Assembly (NCBI GenBank): GCA_045597865.1 | Contig: JAZLKX010000025.1 | Location: forward strand, 320,001-384,000 | DNA from: Bacilli bacterium | Lineage (GTDB): Bacteria; Bacillota_I; Bacilli_A; RFN20; CAG-826 | DNA length: 64,000 bases | Direction: 5' to 3' | Part shown: in pieces, positions 40,465-50,169 of the stretch | How positions within the stretch are numbered: the first letter of the stretch is position 1 | How the letters are laid out: the number at the start of each line of letters is the position of its first letter | Translations under genes and position numbers: made by a program | The notes under the pieces: generated by a model | Told to the model about the DNA's origin: nothing | Databases searched by the model: none | What the model saw: only the letters and a program-made list of their open reading frames with translations

Positions 40465-41214
40465 CTAAAATAATTTTTCTTCATTAATTATCATTTTTTT
40501 ACTTAAAAGTAAAACGCCTAGATACATAACAACAAGTATCACTGGAATTATATTTCCAAGAAAATAAAAACCAATATTTGAAACGCTAGGTACAATCATT
40601 TCAAACAAAATAGAATTAATCACATTAAACAATAAGTGAAATACAGCACACATTTCTATTGAATTTGTTTTGATAAAAATAATTGCAAGCAAAACACCCA
40701 AAGCAAATGTGTAAACAGGAACAATCAAATCATATGGATTGAGTGTTGAAATAAATGTTGTTAGATGGCAAACTGCAAATAATCCTGCAGAAATTAATAT
40801 TTTCTTCCAATTTGAGCCTTCTTCAATATTGTTAATCAATAACAATCTAAAGATAAATTCTTCATTTAAAACAACAAATACTGTTAATAAGATTTTAAGT
40901 AACACTTCTGTAGTATAACTGATATTAATATCAGTTGGAACGAAAGCTAAATACATAAAATTAGATGCTACCACAATGATTGTTGGTGCTAAAATAAACA
41001 TCATTTTTAGATTTCTAGCCTTTAATTTAATGTCAAAATCTGTTTTAAATTTAACAACTAAAAACGAGCAAATCGAAAATAGAATTTGAACTCCAATTCT
41101 ACACCACAAACAAATAACGCTGGAATTACGAATAATGAGTTCAAAAGGAAAACATGCAAACGCTATGTAAAGCAGCATTAAGATTAAAAAATTGTAAATT
41201 CTATTTTTCTTCAT
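40465..41214 (-). CDS. CPBP (CAAX/Abi) family glutamic intramembrane protease
   Basis: EEFIFR, FAVCH and HLLFN motifs all intact; about 8 TM segments. Confidence 0.88.
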   Translation of the reverse strand: MKKNRIYNFLILMLLYIAFACFPFELIIRNSSVICLWCRIGVQILFSICSFLVVKFKTDFDIKLKARNLKMMFILAPTIIVVASNFMYLAFVPTDINISYTTEVLLKILLTVFVVLNEEFIFRLLLINNIEEGSNWKKILISAGLFAVCHLTTFISTLNPYDLIVPVYTFALGVLLAIIFIKTNSIEMCAVFHLLFNVINSILFEMIVPSVSNIGFYFLGNIIPVILVVMYLGVLLLSKKMIINEEKLF

Positions 41215-41947
41215 TTGCTTTCTCGAAATATTTTTTTAATAAAAAATAAAGAGGAATACTAGCTACAAATAAAACAATACACCAAACTTGGCTTGGTGAT
41301 AAAGCAAAAGCAACTCCTCTTTCGTCTCCTCTAAAAAATTCAATTACAAATCTAAAAACTGCATAAGCTGGAATATAAATTAAGAATCCGTATTTGAATT
41401 TGTATTTCAATATTAGGAAAAGTAAAATTCCAAAAAGTACAAATAAAAATATGGACTCAATTAATTGAGTCGGTATTACTTTTCCAACTCCAGGAAATTC
41501 AATTCCGATCCAGCTATCTGTTGGTTTTCCATAGCAACATCCCGCTAAAAAACATCCAATTCTTCCAATGGCGTGCGCAAGCACGATTGAAGCAGGAGCA
41601 ATAATTAAAATATTGCCGAGGCGTAAAGTAGACTTTTTTCTTAAAATAAAGTACGTTCCTAAAAAACCACCTACACCACCAAACAAACCGCCATAGAAAG
41701 TCATTTTCCAAACCCATTTATATTGTTCTTTAAGTGAGATTGCTTCGTAAATGTTTTCAAATATAATTGAAAAAATAATGCCAAAAATTATTGCAAAACA
41801 TGCACAAATCCCTAAATCAATTAATGCAGATTTTTTCTCACCATTTTTCTTTAGAAAAATAACTGCAAGAAATACTGCAGCCAAAATTCCTATGCACATG
41901 CATACTATGTATGATCCATCGTTAATACCAAATAAGTTTGGATACAT
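41201..41947 (-). CDS. Prolipoprotein diacylglyceryl transferase family protein (divergent GCC-type Lgt)
   Basis: MTFYGG, GRIGCFLAGCCYG, PTQLIES and RFVIEFFR motifs. Confidence 0.88.
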   Translation of the reverse strand: MYPNLFGINDGSYIVCMCIGILAAVFLAVIFLKKNGEKKSALIDLGICACFAIIFGIIFSIIFENIYEAISLKEQYKWVWKMTFYGGLFGGVGGFLGTYFILRKKSTLRLGNILIIAPASIVLAHAIGRIGCFLAGCCYGKPTDSWIGIEFPGVGKVIPTQLIESIFLFVLFGILLFLILKYKFKYGFLIYIPAYAVFRFVIEFFRGDERGVAFALSPSQVWCIVLFVASIPLYFLLKKYFEKANEEK

Positions 41948-41969
41948 AATTAGGTCTCCGCTTTAATTC

Positions 41970-42929
41970 CTACTTTCTTTCGAAAACATAATCAATAAAA
42001 TGATTATACTTTTCTCCTGGCTTTAACAACAAATTATCGGCACATGAAATTTGTGGTTCGATAGCAAGTCCTCTTCTTACGTGAAGATTTGAAGTAATTG
42101 TTTCGTAATTATCCGAAAAATTGTCTGTATAAAATACAGATGAATTAAAATCTGTACTAACTTTAAGTAAATATCTATTGTTTTCTAACAAGATCTGAGG
42201 ATTTGCATCTTTATTTAAAAGTAAATAATGATCAACTCCTGAATCGTTTGGTGATTCGCTAATAGCTTTGCTAATCAGTTTCATTTCCCTAAAATCAAGA
42301 AAATCTGGTACTGACAAAATTGTTTTATCTTTTTTAATGTCATTCGATAGCAAAATGAATCTATCAGCATTCACAAATAAACTTAAATTATTAAGATCTG
42401 AATCTCCAAGATTAAAGTAAGTATGAGTTGTTAAAGAAATAGGACAAGTTTTAGATGTTGAAACATCAAAACTAATATTAATTTCATCGTGATTTTTGTA
42501 AATTTTGTAGATTATATTAATTAAAGCATCACCAGGAAAGCCTGATTCTTTGTCTATAGACAAATAGCTATATTTAATTAAAATGCAATCAGATTTTTCT
42601 TCAACAAACGAATTAAAAAACTTTGTAGCAATACCATCATGTCCACCATGTAAAGTATTTGTGCCATCATTACAACTCAAATCATAAGTAACACCGTCAA
42701 CATTTAAAGTGTGATTTCTAATTCTTCCTGCAACACGACCAACGTTTTTTCCAAAACGAACATCTTCATTCAAAAAATCAGCATCGTTTTTAACTTGTGG
42801 AGTCATAACTTCACCACAAAAATAAATTAAGTAAATTGATGCACCAAGATTATTAAAAACGACTTTCAAATTTCTGTTATTGCTAACAGTTATAAATTCC
42901 ATGCCGTTTCTAATATCTTTGCTAATCAT
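41970..42929 (-). CDS. Aldose 1-epimerase (GalM-like mutarotase)
   Basis: GRVAGRI, TLHGG, GFPG, THTYFNL, AIEPQ. Confidence 0.88.
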   Translation of the reverse strand: MISKDIRNGMEFITVSNNRNLKVVFNNLGASIYLIYFCGEVMTPQVKNDADFLNEDVRFGKNVGRVAGRIRNHTLNVDGVTYDLSCNDGTNTLHGGHDGIATKFFNSFVEEKSDCILIKYSYLSIDKESGFPGDALINIIYKIYKNHDEINISFDVSTSKTCPISLTTHTYFNLGDSDLNNLSLFVNADRFILLSNDIKKDKTILSVPDFLDFREMKLISKAISESPNDSGVDHYLLLNKDANPQILLENNRYLLKVSTDFNSSVFYTDNFSDNYETITSNLHVRRGLAIEPQISCADNLLLKPGEKYNHFIDYVFERK

Positions 42930-42934
42930 TTGAG

Positions 42935-44170
42935 TTATTTTCTTAATTTAAGAACTTTTTCTTCGTATTTTTTAACTTCTTCAAACCATTCAGCTTCGCC
43001 TAAGACGCCTTGTTTTTCACAATACTCATCCCAAACTTCATTCCATGGTAATGTTTTGATTTCTTCTTGCATAGCAAGAACTTTTGTATGATCGTAAGAA
43101 TCTTGAGCTTCTTTGAGCATATTCCATGGTGTTAAAAGAGCTTTTAGTAAAGCTTTTTCCATATTGCGAGCGCCAATAACAAGTGCTGCAATTCTATTAA
43201 TAGAAGCATCAAAATAATCGAGTCCAATATATGAACGATTTAAGCCTTCGCATTTCACTAATTCATCTGCTACATCTTGTAAATCATCATTAAGTTTTAA
43301 TACATGGTCACTATCCCATCTAACTGGTCTAGAAACATGGAATGCTAAACGCGGGAAGAATGTGAACATTGATGAGATTTTATCTGCAACATTTTCAGTT
43401 GGGTGATAATGTCCTGTATCAAGTAAATTCAAAATTCCACGAGTTGCAGCATAATTTAAGTAGAATTCATTTGATCCTGTTGTGTATGATTCAACACCAA
43501 TACCAAAAACCTTTGATTCTACTGCAACATCCATAACCTTCTTATCATATTTATAACCTGCAAGAATTTCGTCAAGAGACTCTTTGAGTCTTTGTCTTGG
43601 TCCAATTCTATCTGCAGGAACATCTTTAAGTCCATCTGGAATCCAAATGTTCATCAATGAACGTTGGCCAAGTTCTTTACCAAAATATTCAGTGACCTTA
43701 AGTGAATTAATACAATGTTTAATCCAGTAATCTCTTACTTTTTTATCTGGAGAAGAAAGCGACATTCCATCAACAAGCATTGGATGGGAGAAAATTGTTG
43801 GGTTGTAATCAAGTCCCAAACCTCTAGCTTTTGCGTATTCTACCCACTTTTTAAATTGTTCTGGGCCAATATCAGCTCTATCAACAATCTTTCCGGTTTG
43901 ATAAATGGCATGAAGATTAATCTTCTTGCTACCAGGAATGTATTTTAATGCAACGTCTAAATCTTGAGTTAATTCCTCAAAATTACGTGCTTTTCCTGGA
44001 TAATTACCAGTTGTTTGAATACCACCAGTTAATGAACCAGCATTTTCAAAACCTCCAACATCATCAAGCTGCCAACAATGTAAAGAAATCTTTGTCTTAG
44101 CAAGATCTCTCATGGCTTTGTTGACATCAATGCCATACTTTGCAAATTGTTCTTTTACAGCTTTTCTCAT
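42935..44170 (-). CDS. rhaA: L-rhamnose isomerase
   Basis: SLHCWQ.DD, TGNYPGKAR, WIPDG, ESKVFGIG, HYHPTE, HVSRPVRWDSDH. Confidence 0.97.
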   Translation of the reverse strand: MRKAVKEQFAKYGIDVNKAMRDLAKTKISLHCWQLDDVGGFENAGSLTGGIQTTGNYPGKARNFEELTQDLDVALKYIPGSKKINLHAIYQTGKIVDRADIGPEQFKKWVEYAKARGLGLDYNPTIFSHPMLVDGMSLSSPDKKVRDYWIKHCINSLKVTEYFGKELGQRSLMNIWIPDGLKDVPADRIGPRQRLKESLDEILAGYKYDKKVMDVAVESKVFGIGVESYTTGSNEFYLNYAATRGILNLLDTGHYHPTENVADKISSMFTFFPRLAFHVSRPVRWDSDHVLKLNDDLQDVADELVKCEGLNRSYIGLDYFDASINRIAALVIGARNMEKALLKALLTPWNMLKEAQDSYDHTKVLAMQEEIKTLPWNEVWDEYCEKQGVLGEAEWFEEVKKYEEKVLKLRK

Positions 44171-44172
44171 AA

Positions 44173-45471
44173 TTAATCCTCTGCTTTCATTTGAACTTTT
44201 ATGTTTCCTAAACTTGTAGCTTCAATTGGAAGAGCAACAACTTTTCTTCCTGTATGCTCTTCAACAAGTTTATTTAAATATTTATTTTTGGCGCCACCAC
44301 CAATTATATAAATATAATTGTAGTGTTTGCCAGTTATATTTTCTAATTCAACGCAAGCCTTACTATATGACTCTGCCATTGAATGATAAATCGAATTAAA
44401 TAAATCAAAATTGTCTTTTGGAGGGTTATCTTTCAAAAGATTTAAAATTGCTTGTTTCATATTTTTAGGTGCAGATAAAGATGGATCATTAACATCGAAA
44501 ATTTCTTTATATGTATTGTTGTCCAAACTCTTTTGCATTATGTAAAAATCTTTGTTTTCTTGTTCACAAACTTGTGTAACAATCCACATACCCATAATGT
44601 TTTTAAGGAACCTGATGTAATCTAAACCGCCTTCATTTGTAAAGTTAGCTGCTAAAGATTTATCTGTACAAATAGGATCTTTTGACTTAATGCCAAAAAG
44701 AGACCAAGTTCCACTACTTAATATAATTCCATCTTCTGAACAATCTATGGCTTCAAATGCGCTGCCTGTATCATGCGATGCACACAATATAACTTTAGTT
44801 TGTCCTCCAACCTCTTTTGCAACTTCTGGCAACAAATTGCCAAGAACAGTTCCAGGTTTTTCAATTTTGTTAAATAATCTTTCTGGAATGCCTAGCTTCT
44901 TAAGAATTTCTAAATCGAATGTTTTATTTTCGGCATTTAATAAAGCGCCAGTTGATTCATTTGTGTATTCATGTGATTTGATACCAGTTAATTTGTATGA
45001 GAAATACGAAGGAAGCATTAAGTAATCTGTTGCATTTTCAAGTCTTCCTTTATTCAAATCATCAAACAATTGATAAATTGTATTAAAAGCAGCGAATTGA
45101 ATTCCTGTATGTTTATATATTTCTTCAAACGACACTACTTCGTGCAATTTTTTAGATGAAAGTATGTTTCGCTTATTTCTATAGGCAAAATAAGGAGGTA
45201 TTTCTTTATCTCCATTCATTAAAACATAATCGACTCCCCAAGTATCTATAGACAAGGATTCGATTTTTCCATATTTAGCAAATGCTTTTTTGATGCCAAT
45301 TTTAATTTCTTCAAAAAACTTTGGAATATTCCAAACAAGCCCATCAGAAGAATCGTCCACTCCAGTTTTAAAACGATGAATTTCTTCTAATATGATTTCG
45401 CCATCCTTTAAATAACCAACAACATGTCGACCACTAGTAGCACCTAAATCAATTGCTAAATAATATTTCAT
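44173..45471 (-). CDS. rhaB: Rhamnulokinase
   Basis: AIDLGATSGR, IDTWGVDY, SHDTGSA, SSGTWSL, FTNEGG. Confidence 0.95.
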   Translation of the reverse strand: MKYYLAIDLGATSGRHVVGYLKDGEIILEEIHRFKTGVDDSSDGLVWNIPKFFEEIKIGIKKAFAKYGKIESLSIDTWGVDYVLMNGDKEIPPYFAYRNKRNILSSKKLHEVVSFEEIYKHTGIQFAAFNTIYQLFDDLNKGRLENATDYLMLPSYFSYKLTGIKSHEYTNESTGALLNAENKTFDLEILKKLGIPERLFNKIEKPGTVLGNLLPEVAKEVGGQTKVILCASHDTGSAFEAIDCSEDGIILSSGTWSLFGIKSKDPICTDKSLAANFTNEGGLDYIRFLKNIMGMWIVTQVCEQENKDFYIMQKSLDNNTYKEIFDVNDPSLSAPKNMKQAILNLLKDNPPKDNFDLFNSIYHSMAESYSKACVELENITGKHYNYIYIIGGGAKNKYLNKLVEEHTGRKVVALPIEATSLGNIKVQMKAED

Positions 45472-45472
45472 A

Positions 45473-46291
45473 TTATTTTTCTTTAATAACTCCAGGCATT
45501 ATTTTTAAATTCCAAAGTTTTGCTAAACCTAAAATTACATCATCTGGAATTTCATTAATAACTTTGCCTAATGTAAGCATATAGACTTGGGCTGTCTTCT
45601 CAACAGTTTCAATTAATCCAAATGCTTCATCAATATTACGGCCAACACCATAAATACCATGGTTTGTCCAGGTAACAATTCTGTGTTCTTTCATTTTCTC
45701 TGCTGTGGCATGGCCAATTTCTTCGGTTCCACAAATCATACATGGAAGAACTCCGATACCTTCTGGAAAGACAACAACTGCTTCAGTATTTGTTTTCCAT
45801 AACTTACGTGTAAATTCAATTTCATCTGTCTTCACGCATGCAGTCATACACATTGTGTATGTTGGATGTGTGTGCATAACAATTCTGTTTTCTGGATCAA
45901 TTCCTAAACGAACTGAATGAGACATTAAATGTGCAGGAAATTCAGAGGTAAATCTACCACCATCTTTGTAACCCCAAAGAAGTTTTGCGAAGCAGCCACA
46001 ATCAGAAATCTTAACTAAGCCCAAATTGGTTTCTGGATCATTCTTTACATTCTTAAAATATTTTCCAGTTCCTGTTACTAAGAAGTATTTTCCTCTAACA
46101 TTTTCTGGAGCTTCGAATCCTAATTCAATATCACGAATATATTTTCCACTTTTGAAATATTTGCTTACTTGTTCTTCGGTTAACATGCAAGAAACATTTC
46201 CGCCATTTCTTTCATCCCAACCTTGGCGATACATATTAGCTGTAACATCGCCCATTTCTTTTACAAAAGATGAATTAATAAATTTTTCCAT
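45473..46291 (-). CDS. rhaD: Rhamnulose-1-phosphate aldolase
   Basis: GWDERNGGN, TGTGKYF, TSEFPAH, MHTHPT, HGIYG. Confidence 0.96.
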   Translation of the reverse strand: MEKFINSSFVKEMGDVTANMYRQGWDERNGGNVSCMLTEEQVSKYFKSGKYIRDIELGFEAPENVRGKYFLVTGTGKYFKNVKNDPETNLGLVKISDCGCFAKLLWGYKDGGRFTSEFPAHLMSHSVRLGIDPENRIVMHTHPTYTMCMTACVKTDEIEFTRKLWKTNTEAVVVFPEGIGVLPCMICGTEEIGHATAEKMKEHRIVTWTNHGIYGVGRNIDEAFGLIETVEKTAQVYMLTLGKVINEIPDDVILGLAKLWNLKIMPGVIKEK

Positions 46292-46553
46292 TTTGTATTC
46301 CTCTAATATTTGAAATAATTATAACACTTTATATAAATATAAAAGAAATGAAATTGTATTTTTTCGATATTTTATTTTTTTACTTTATGCGTTTAATTGC
46401 TAGCAGATTATTTCGATTTATAACTTTGTTATAGTTTTTAAATAATGCAGTTTTTCTTTTTGAGAACAACTATTTTTTAGTGATAAATATTGTTAATAAA
46501 TATTTAAAAAATGTAATTTTATTTTTACTGGTCATGGTAAAATATTATCAATC

Positions 46554-47198
46554 ATGAAAACAATTGTTTTATTTGGTGACTCAATTACTGATATGGGTAG
46601 ATGGAGAGATGCTGACACTCATGCTTTTTCTTTTGGAGTTGGTTATCCTATTTTCTTAAAAGAAAAATTTGAGCGAAACAACCTTGATGTTAAATTACTA
46701 AATCGTGGTTGTTCAGGCGATTCCACCACCAATTTATTAGGAAGAATTGATGAAGATGTAATTAAAAACAAACCAGATATTGTTTCAATTTTAATTGGAA
46801 CAAATGATGTTTGGCATCTTTATGAAGACGATGAAAGTCATCACGGGAATAGCATCGAGCAATACGAGTCAAATTATAGAAAAATAATTAATACTATAAA
46901 AACAAAATTACCTAATGCAAAAATGTGTTTATTTGGATCATTCTTTGTTCCGGTAAATGTAAACGAGAAAAAAGATTTTTGGGACCACATGAAAAAACTT
47001 TATTCTTATGTAGATGTTGCTGAAAAAGTAGCAAAAGAAAATGGACTTTCGTTTACAAGATTACAACCATTAATAGATGAAGCTACAAAAGACGGAAATG
47101 TTGAAAAAGTTTTATATGATGGTATTCATCCAAATGTAAAAGGATCGGTTATTATAGCCGACACAATCTTCGAACAAATTATAAAATATATAAAATAA
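46554..47198 (+). CDS. SGNH/GDSL hydrolase
   Basis: GDSIT, NRGCSG, GTND, DGIHP. Confidence 0.92.
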   Translation: MKTIVLFGDSITDMGRWRDADTHAFSFGVGYPIFLKEKFERNNLDVKLLNRGCSGDSTTNLLGRIDEDVIKNKPDIVSILIGTNDVWHLYEDDESHHGNSIEQYESNYRKIINTIKTKLPNAKMCLFGSFFVPVNVNEKKDFWDHMKKLYSYVDVAEKVAKENGLSFTRLQPLIDEATKDGNVEKVLYDGIHPNVKGSVIIADTIFEQIIKYIK

Positions 47199-48389
47199 TT
47201 ATTTTATATCTGATAAAATACGATACGCTGCAGCAGTCCAACCAAGCATGTCTGGTGATTGATATTCGGCATTAGAAATTTTGCCGTTTGTAGCATCGTA
47301 TTTTTCAAATAATTTATGATATTTTTTAAAATTAGAATCAATAACGTTTATAAATTTATTTTTTGTAATTTCTGCTTCTTTTGTTAATCCAACATTCATC
47401 AATGCATCAAAGATAAACAAAGTGAATTCACCCCACATTGTTGGATAATCCCATTGATAAAAGATTGTGTCATCACGTTTTTCACAAACAGTGACGCCAT
47501 ATTCCAAATTTAACTTATCAAATATCTTTTTAGCACCATTCTTATCATTAGAAATTCCAAATAAATATGGGTATAAAGAAATAGCAGAAATGATTGAAGA
47601 AAATTTATTTTCAACAAAGTTGAAATCTAAATAAATTCCATCTTCTGTCAAAAAATATTTATTAATTAAATCTTTTCTATTGTTGGCGAGTTCAGTGTAT
47701 TTTTTAGAGTTAGCATTGTCTCCTAATTCTTTATAGAAATAGGCAATGTTATTTTCAACATCAAACATAATGCAATTAATGTCTAGTTGCAAAAATTTAG
47801 AAATATCAATACGGCTTTCTTTAGTTTTAAAACGCATATTGAAGTCCAAACCACTCTCGGCAATTGCTATAATGTCTTTGCCTATTTTAAGTTGTCCTTC
47901 TCTAGTGTCAGAATATTGCTCTACTCTACAAGCTAAGCCATCATAATGAATTTTAATATCTTCATCGTTTGTATCACATTTATATTCATTTAAGCCAAAT
48001 TTATTTATTCTTTTTGTCATGAAAAATTTATACTCTTTTAATAATGTCGGAAGATATAAATTAAGTATTCCTTTATCTTTCTTAAACTCATAATAATCTC
48101 TAATCATTCTTGAAAAGAATGGAGGCTGAGTTCTATTTAAAAGAGTATTAGCATTTGGCATATAACCAATCTTATTAATAAAATACGCAATGTTATCTAA
48201 ATTGTTTTTTACTTGATCTTCGTAACCATCAAGTAACAAACCTTCGTTAATAAAGTAGTTATCCCAATAATAAAAATCTTTATACATTATCTCTATTGAA
48301 GGAGATGTAAAAGGATAAGGAACACCATTTTGAGGTTCTCTTATAGAGTTTTTCCAATTTTCTTTAATATAATCTAAAACTTCTTTCAT
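47199..48389 (-). CDS. GH37 trehalase-like (alpha/alpha)6 glycoside hydrolase
   Basis: FYYWDNYF, RTQPPF, AESGLDF, QWDYP, EKYD, GWT. Confidence 0.85.
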   Translation of the reverse strand: MKEVLDYIKENWKNSIREPQNGVPYPFTSPSIEIMYKDFYYWDNYFINEGLLLDGYEDQVKNNLDNIAYFINKIGYMPNANTLLNRTQPPFFSRMIRDYYEFKKDKGILNLYLPTLLKEYKFFMTKRINKFGLNEYKCDTNDEDIKIHYDGLACRVEQYSDTREGQLKIGKDIIAIAESGLDFNMRFKTKESRIDISKFLQLDINCIMFDVENNIAYFYKELGDNANSKKYTELANNRKDLINKYFLTEDGIYLDFNFVENKFSSIISAISLYPYLFGISNDKNGAKKIFDKLNLEYGVTVCEKRDDTIFYQWDYPTMWGEFTLFIFDALMNVGLTKEAEITKNKFINVIDSNFKKYHKLFEKYDATNGKISNAEYQSPDMLGWTAAAYRILSDIK

Positions 48390-48391
48390 AA

Positions 48392-49096
48392 TTATTTGCC
48401 TAATACCTCAATATTTGTTCCGTAAAATATATCTGGATGATTTGATAACTTTTTAAATAGTAAATCCCATTTTTCCCACATTCCGTCAAAAGCATCAGCT
48501 TCATAAGAATGACCCCAAATAGCTAAAACTTGAGGTCTACTTGATTTACTATTTAAAAATTCATCAATTAATTTCTCAAAATCAATTTCAGGATCTAACC
48601 AATAGTATTGATGCCAAATGTATGGATTTTTTGGCATTTTAAATCCAGGTTTTATACATGGTCCAAAAGTTGCGGGACGTGCATAAGAAATTGTGGTTTT
48701 GCTTAAAAGCAAATCGACAAGATGGTTGCTCCACAAACCACCTGGATAAGCCATCCCTGAAACCTTATAACCGACAGCTTTTTCAAGATTCTTTTGATCA
48801 TCATTTATTTCTTTTAAAACTTCTTCATCGCTAAGTTTAGTTAAATCAGGATGATGTAAAGAATGAACCGCAACTTCATGGTCTTTATATCTATTAGCAA
48901 TTTCATCAAGCTTAACAATATTTCTAGTAATCATTTTCCCGTTCATAGGAAAAGACATATCTAAACCTGCAAGACCACTATTTAAATTAAAGGTTCCTTT
49001 TAGGCCATATTTATTCATCATTTCAATTAAACGTATGTCTTGCTGGCATCCATCATCGAAACTGAATGTTATGGCTTTATTTTTGCCGTTCCACAT
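48392..49096 (-). CDS. Polysaccharide deacetylase (NodB/CE4 fold)
   Basis: TFSFDDG, HEVAVHSLHHP, AYPGG, WGHSYE. Confidence 0.9.
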   Translation of the reverse strand: MWNGKNKAITFSFDDGCQQDIRLIEMMNKYGLKGTFNLNSGLAGLDMSFPMNGKMITRNIVKLDEIANRYKDHEVAVHSLHHPDLTKLSDEEVLKEINDDQKNLEKAVGYKVSGMAYPGGLWSNHLVDLLLSKTTISYARPATFGPCIKPGFKMPKNPYIWHQYYWLDPEIDFEKLIDEFLNSKSSRPQVLAIWGHSYEADAFDGMWEKWDLLFKKLSNHPDIFYGTNIEVLGK

Positions 49097-49098
49097 AA

Positions 49099-50169
49099 TT
49101 ATCTGTCCTTAATTAAAGTGCCTAAAATCATTTGAGCATAAATTCTTGCTAAAAAATCATTTGGGTGATTTACATTGTTTCCAGTCATATCTTTAAATTC
49201 TTTGAATTTAAGCAAATCTAAATGCGTTGTTGTCATATCAACCAAACAAACATTTGGCATATCTATTTCTTTCATTATATTAATAAAATTATGAACGCCA
49301 GATTTATACCATGTAGAATTTGGGTTAGGAACAGTTGTTGAAAGCAAAATAAATTCTGCATTTGGATTAACTTTCATCGTAGAAGAAATCATTGATAATA
49401 AGCGACTCTTAAATTCTTCTGGATCAAGCCAACCATCATTCATACCAAAACCAATTAATACCAAGTCTGGTTTATATTTACAAACATTTTCTTCAACATT
49501 ATCGACGCCCCACTTTGAAGTCATTCCACCAACAGCAGTATTAACATAGTTAATACTTGTTTTGTATATTCTTTCCAATTCATGAGTGACAAGTAACGGG
49601 AAAGAATCCATTTTAGGTTCAATAAAATCGCCCCACTCAGTTCCTGAGGTATTGCAACCAACTGTTATTGAATCTCCATAAAAAAGGAAGGTTGGTTTTT
49701 CTTTATTTAAAAGTTTTTGGATAAACTTAGAAATCTTTTCACCTTGATAAATTGGTTTATTACCATTCCAAATTTCTTTATGTTTATAAGAAACACAAAT
49801 TTGATGATTCATAAAATATGAGCCTTCGCTAAAAGCGAAATATTTATTTTTAATAGATTCAGGAACTTTATCGTTATCAACTGGAATTTCAGCTTTTGGA
49901 TCAGGCTTTTCAATATAATATTTATCAAATTCGATGTAAGGCATTCCTGAATTTGGAAGTCTTTTAATTCCACCGTTTTTTGTCAAAATATAATCTTTGC
50001 CTTCAACGTATTCTATATTTTGACCAAAATTATAAACACCAATTAATTCTTCGATTGGAAAAAGAAAATGAACTTCTCCTTCTTCACCTAAAATTAAAGC
50101 TGTTTCATAAAACGAAACATTTCCTTTATAAAATGGTTTTAAATACAAATCTTCTTTACCAGTAATCAT
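49099..50169 (-). CDS. SGNH/GDSL hydrolase with N-terminal beta domain
   Basis: GDSIT, NTAVGG, GFGMND, NNVNHPND. Confidence 0.85.
   Translation of the reverse strand: MITGKEDLYLKPFYKGNVSFYETALILGEEGEVHFLFPIEELIGVYNFGQNIEYVEGKDYILTKNGGIKRLPNSGMPYIEFDKYYIEKPDPKAEIPVDNDKVPESIKNKYFAFSEGSYFMNHQICVSYKHKEIWNGNKPIYQGEKISKFIQKLLNKEKPTFLFYGDSITVGCNTSGTEWGDFIEPKMDSFPLLVTHELERIYKTSINYVNTAVGGMTSKWGVDNVEENVCKYKPDLVLIGFGMNDGWLDPEEFKSRLLSMISSTMKVNPNAEFILLSTTVPNPNSTWYKSGVHNFINIMKEIDMPNVCLVDMTTTHLDLLKFKEFKDMTGNNVNHPNDFLARIYAQMILGTLIKDR

Noticed and set aside
40465-41214. Abortive-infection or bacteriocin-immunity role for the 'Abi' protein
   Set aside because: The Abi label for CPBP proteins is historical, and there are no bacteriocin or phage genes nearby. 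Immunity cannot be fully excluded.
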